Part shown: in pieces, positions 54,681-56,464 of the stretch
Numbering within the stretch: the stretch's first letter is position 1
Layout of the letters: every line of letters starts with the position of its first letter
Virus record (IMG/VR): IMGVR_UViG_3300046520_000318
From: an uncultured virus (IMG/VR IMGVR_UViG_3300046520_000318)
Lineage: Duplodnaviria; Heunggongvirae; Uroviricota; Caudoviricetes
Length of the DNA stretch: 56,464 bases
Direction: 5' to 3' (one strand)
Notes under the pieces: model-generated
Databases searched by the model: none
The model's input: only the letters and a program-made list of their open reading frames with translations
What the model was told of the DNA's origin: nothing
Program-made: the position numbers and the translations under genes

Positions 54681-54954
54681 GAACCCTCTCGCTGATTGGC
54701 GGGTGGCGATCAAGGCTCGCGACGATCTGGTGACCGACCCGGACGCTCATCGGCGCAAGCTGGTCGAGCTGGCCATGCTCGCGCGCCGCCGCAACCAGGT
54801 CAGCGCCGAAGAGCTGAATGAAATGCTCGAGCTTTCGGATGCCGCCAGGCTCTGGGGGTTGATCGAATGGGAGGAGGCCTATCTGATCGGCCTGTTCTCC
54901 CCGGAGGGTACGATGCACGATGATAGCTTGCAGCAGTTGGTCGGAGAAGGGTGA
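54673..54954 (+). CDS. Hypothetical protein, second gene of SOS unit (start uncertain)
   Basis: Overlaps previous stop; helical EELNEMLELSDAARLW. Confidence 0.5.
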   Translation: MVENPLADWRVAIKARDDLVTDPDAHRRKLVELAMLARRRNQVSAEELNEMLELSDAARLWGLIEWEEAYLIGLFSPEGTMHDDSLQQLVGEG

Positions 54955-55137
54955 ACGTCGGCAGAACGCCGGGGAAGGGGTGGTGAATCTCGTACCACTT
55001 TTTGTACCAATCGACGGCGAAAGTAGGGGGGAACAGTGCCTTTCAGGAGCGCCAGACGCCCATTAAAGGCGCATCTGGCATACACCAGCTAGTCAGCACA
55101 TGGCGAAGCGCTGGACAGCTGGATACGTTCAGCTTCC

Positions 55138-55374
55138 TTACCAAGCCTCGTCAACTACGACAACATTGTTGTTATCGGTCTGACGCACCGACTGGGTTCT
55201 ACGGAAGCCTTTGACCGCCGTGTGGTCGGTTCGATGCACTGCACCCACAACCTCACCCTCCTGGTTCAAAATGGAGTAGTCGTAAATATCCTCTTCAGCC
55301 ATGAAGCCTTTGGATGAAGAATTGTCTAGCCTCAGCGATTCGCCAGGGTTCAGCTTAAGCTTGCTTTCCCACAT
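55138..55374 (-). CDS. Small hypothetical protein
   Basis: AAGGA RBS; 78 aa. Confidence 0.6.
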   Translation of the reverse strand: MWESKLKLNPGESLRLDNSSSKGFMAEEDIYDYSILNQEGEVVGAVHRTDHTAVKGFRRTQSVRQTDNNNVVVVDEAW

Positions 55375-55570
55375 AGGTGCATTCCTTGACCGAGTTATAG
55401 GTGGACCCGGAGGTTATCACGGCGCCCGTATGCGGGGCAGTTTATGGCGCAAAACCTCCTATGCAAGCCGCGTGTTTTCGTTTGCAAAATCACAGGAAAC
55501 GCCGTATTTTGCAGGTCTGATTGAGGGCGGTTTTCTTTGTATTTCATATGGTTAGCGGGATATCGGCCCC

Positions 55571-55618
55571 AGCATGGGGTGCTAGGGGTCGAGTGTTCGA
55601 ATCACTCCGTCCCGACCA
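55571..55618 (+). other. attR core: 3' half of tRNA-Pro(GGG)
   Basis: AGCATGGGGTGCTAGGGGTCGAGTGTTCGAATCACTCCGTCCCGACCA gives anticodon loop, T-arm and acceptor 3' strand with CCA; D-arm and 5' strand absent. Confidence 0.85.
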
Positions 55619-55634
55619 TATAATTCAATGACTT

Positions 55635-55662
55635 AGCCCAATCTTTTCAGGTTGGGCTTTTT
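55635..55662 (+). terminator. Intrinsic terminator after tRNA fragment
   Basis: AGCCCAATC...GGTTGGGCT followed by T-tract. Confidence 0.7.
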
Positions 55663-55696
55663 CATGCGCGTGACTTTTGCGTGACTCGTCGTTTTT

Positions 55697-56074
55697 TCAT
55701 GCCTGCCTCCTCTTCAAAATTGTCAGAACCGGCCCACGCGAATCGGTTGCTGATACCATGTTCGCAGCTTCAATCAGATGACCGAGTTCAGCGCCCGAGT
55801 AATGGCTGGTGATGCTGCCGTTCTTGTACCCGAGCAAAGCCTTGCGGTTTTCCTCTGTGACACCCGCTGCCCGGGTGCTGAGTTCCGGTACCGGTATCTC
55901 GCAGCCCCACCTCAATTTGCACACCTCCTCCTCGCGACAGCCCGTGCTCACCTTGAACAAAGCCATCGTTTGCAAGTGCGCCGGCAACTCCCCGAACAGA
56001 ATCGACCTCTTATCCCGTGACATCGGGTAGGGCTTGCGGCTCGACTTCTTCTTCTCCTCCAGCTTGGCGATCAT
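55697..56074 (-). pseudogene. Internally deleted tyrosine integrase remnant
   Basis: STGCREEEVCKLRW (box I Arg) joined almost directly to ALLGYKNGSITSHYS (box II end); HxxR motif missing. Confidence 0.75.
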
Positions 56075-56236
56075 CCGGGGCCGATGTGTGGCGAGTATGT
56101 GATTAGGACGATTGGCAGAGACATAGGCGTTTCGCGCCCGTAGTCAAATACGGGATATAGTTGAAGATGATGTAACCGCTCGTCGGAACCCGAGCACTAT
56201 CAAGAGGTTGGCTACTCAATGGGATAGCCAAAGGAA

Positions 56237-56464
56237 ATGGAATTTATGCGACCGGAAGTTTGTGATGCACCTAATGCGCTCGACCTCGTCAAAGAACTGG
56301 ATGACGCAACCGAGCAGATGATGGCCCTGGGCGTGGACCAGGTCGGCACTGTGGAATGGCAGGAAGTCTTTGATCGGCAGCAGCGCGCCTTTCGAAGTTG
56401 GCGCGACTACCTGTATCTCAAAGCGGATGAAAAGCCCCCCGCAAAACTCCTCAGCATCGCTTGA
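56237..56464 (+). CDS. Small hypothetical protein (outside prophage)
   Basis: AAGGA upstream; 75 aa. Confidence 0.5.
   Translation: MEFMRPEVCDAPNALDLVKELDDATEQMMALGVDQVGTVEWQEVFDRQQRAFRSWRDYLYLKADEKPPAKLLSIA

Larger units (their letters stand above)
1..55618 (+). mobile_element. Lambda-like temperate siphovirus prophage (left end and integrase outside window), ending at attR in tRNA-Pro 3' duplication
   Basis: Lambdoid gene order (recombination, cI/cro/cII, replication, nin, Q position, terminase, portal, capsid, tail M/L/K/I/J, lysis), terminated by a tRNA 3' fragment. Confidence 0.95.

Noticed and set aside
55571..55618. Intact tRNA gene
   Set aside because: Only the anticodon loop to CCA is present; upstream sequence cannot form the D-arm or 5' acceptor strand

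Overview
Most of this window (1 to ~55618) is one lambda-like siphovirus prophage, most likely in a Pseudomonas host. The host assignment rests on the gene content, the CTGT-N8-ACAG SOS boxes and the tRNA-Pro(GGG) sequence. The prophage's left end and integrase lie outside the window. Left to right it carries: a truncated C5 DNA methyltransferase and a rightward moron cassette; the leftward early operon (YfdQ, YqaJ exonuclease/RecT, a PL7 polysaccharide-lyase-like gene); an immunity region (pL/OL, three cassette genes, cI, OR/pR, cro, cII); Rha/antirepressor; replication genes with an iteron origin; ninB/ninG; a Q-position regulator with pR'/tR'; a Com-like gene plus a lectin-like bacteriocin (LlpA); holins; terminase, portal and head genes; a lambda-type tail with morons between K and I; endolysin and spanins; SOS-controlled right-end genes; and attR (3' half of tRNA-Pro). 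An older integrase remnant follows. The best candidate for an undescribed system is a self-contained unit in the rex-like position of the immunity region: a near-consensus promoter, a ~87-nt multi-stem RNA and a DUF3800 RNase H-fold gene. Other highlights are the PL7 lyase in the early operon, the Com-LlpA module, and GGA-loop hairpins ahead of the scaffold and capsid genes. All protein calls come from motif recognition and synteny; no database searches were run.
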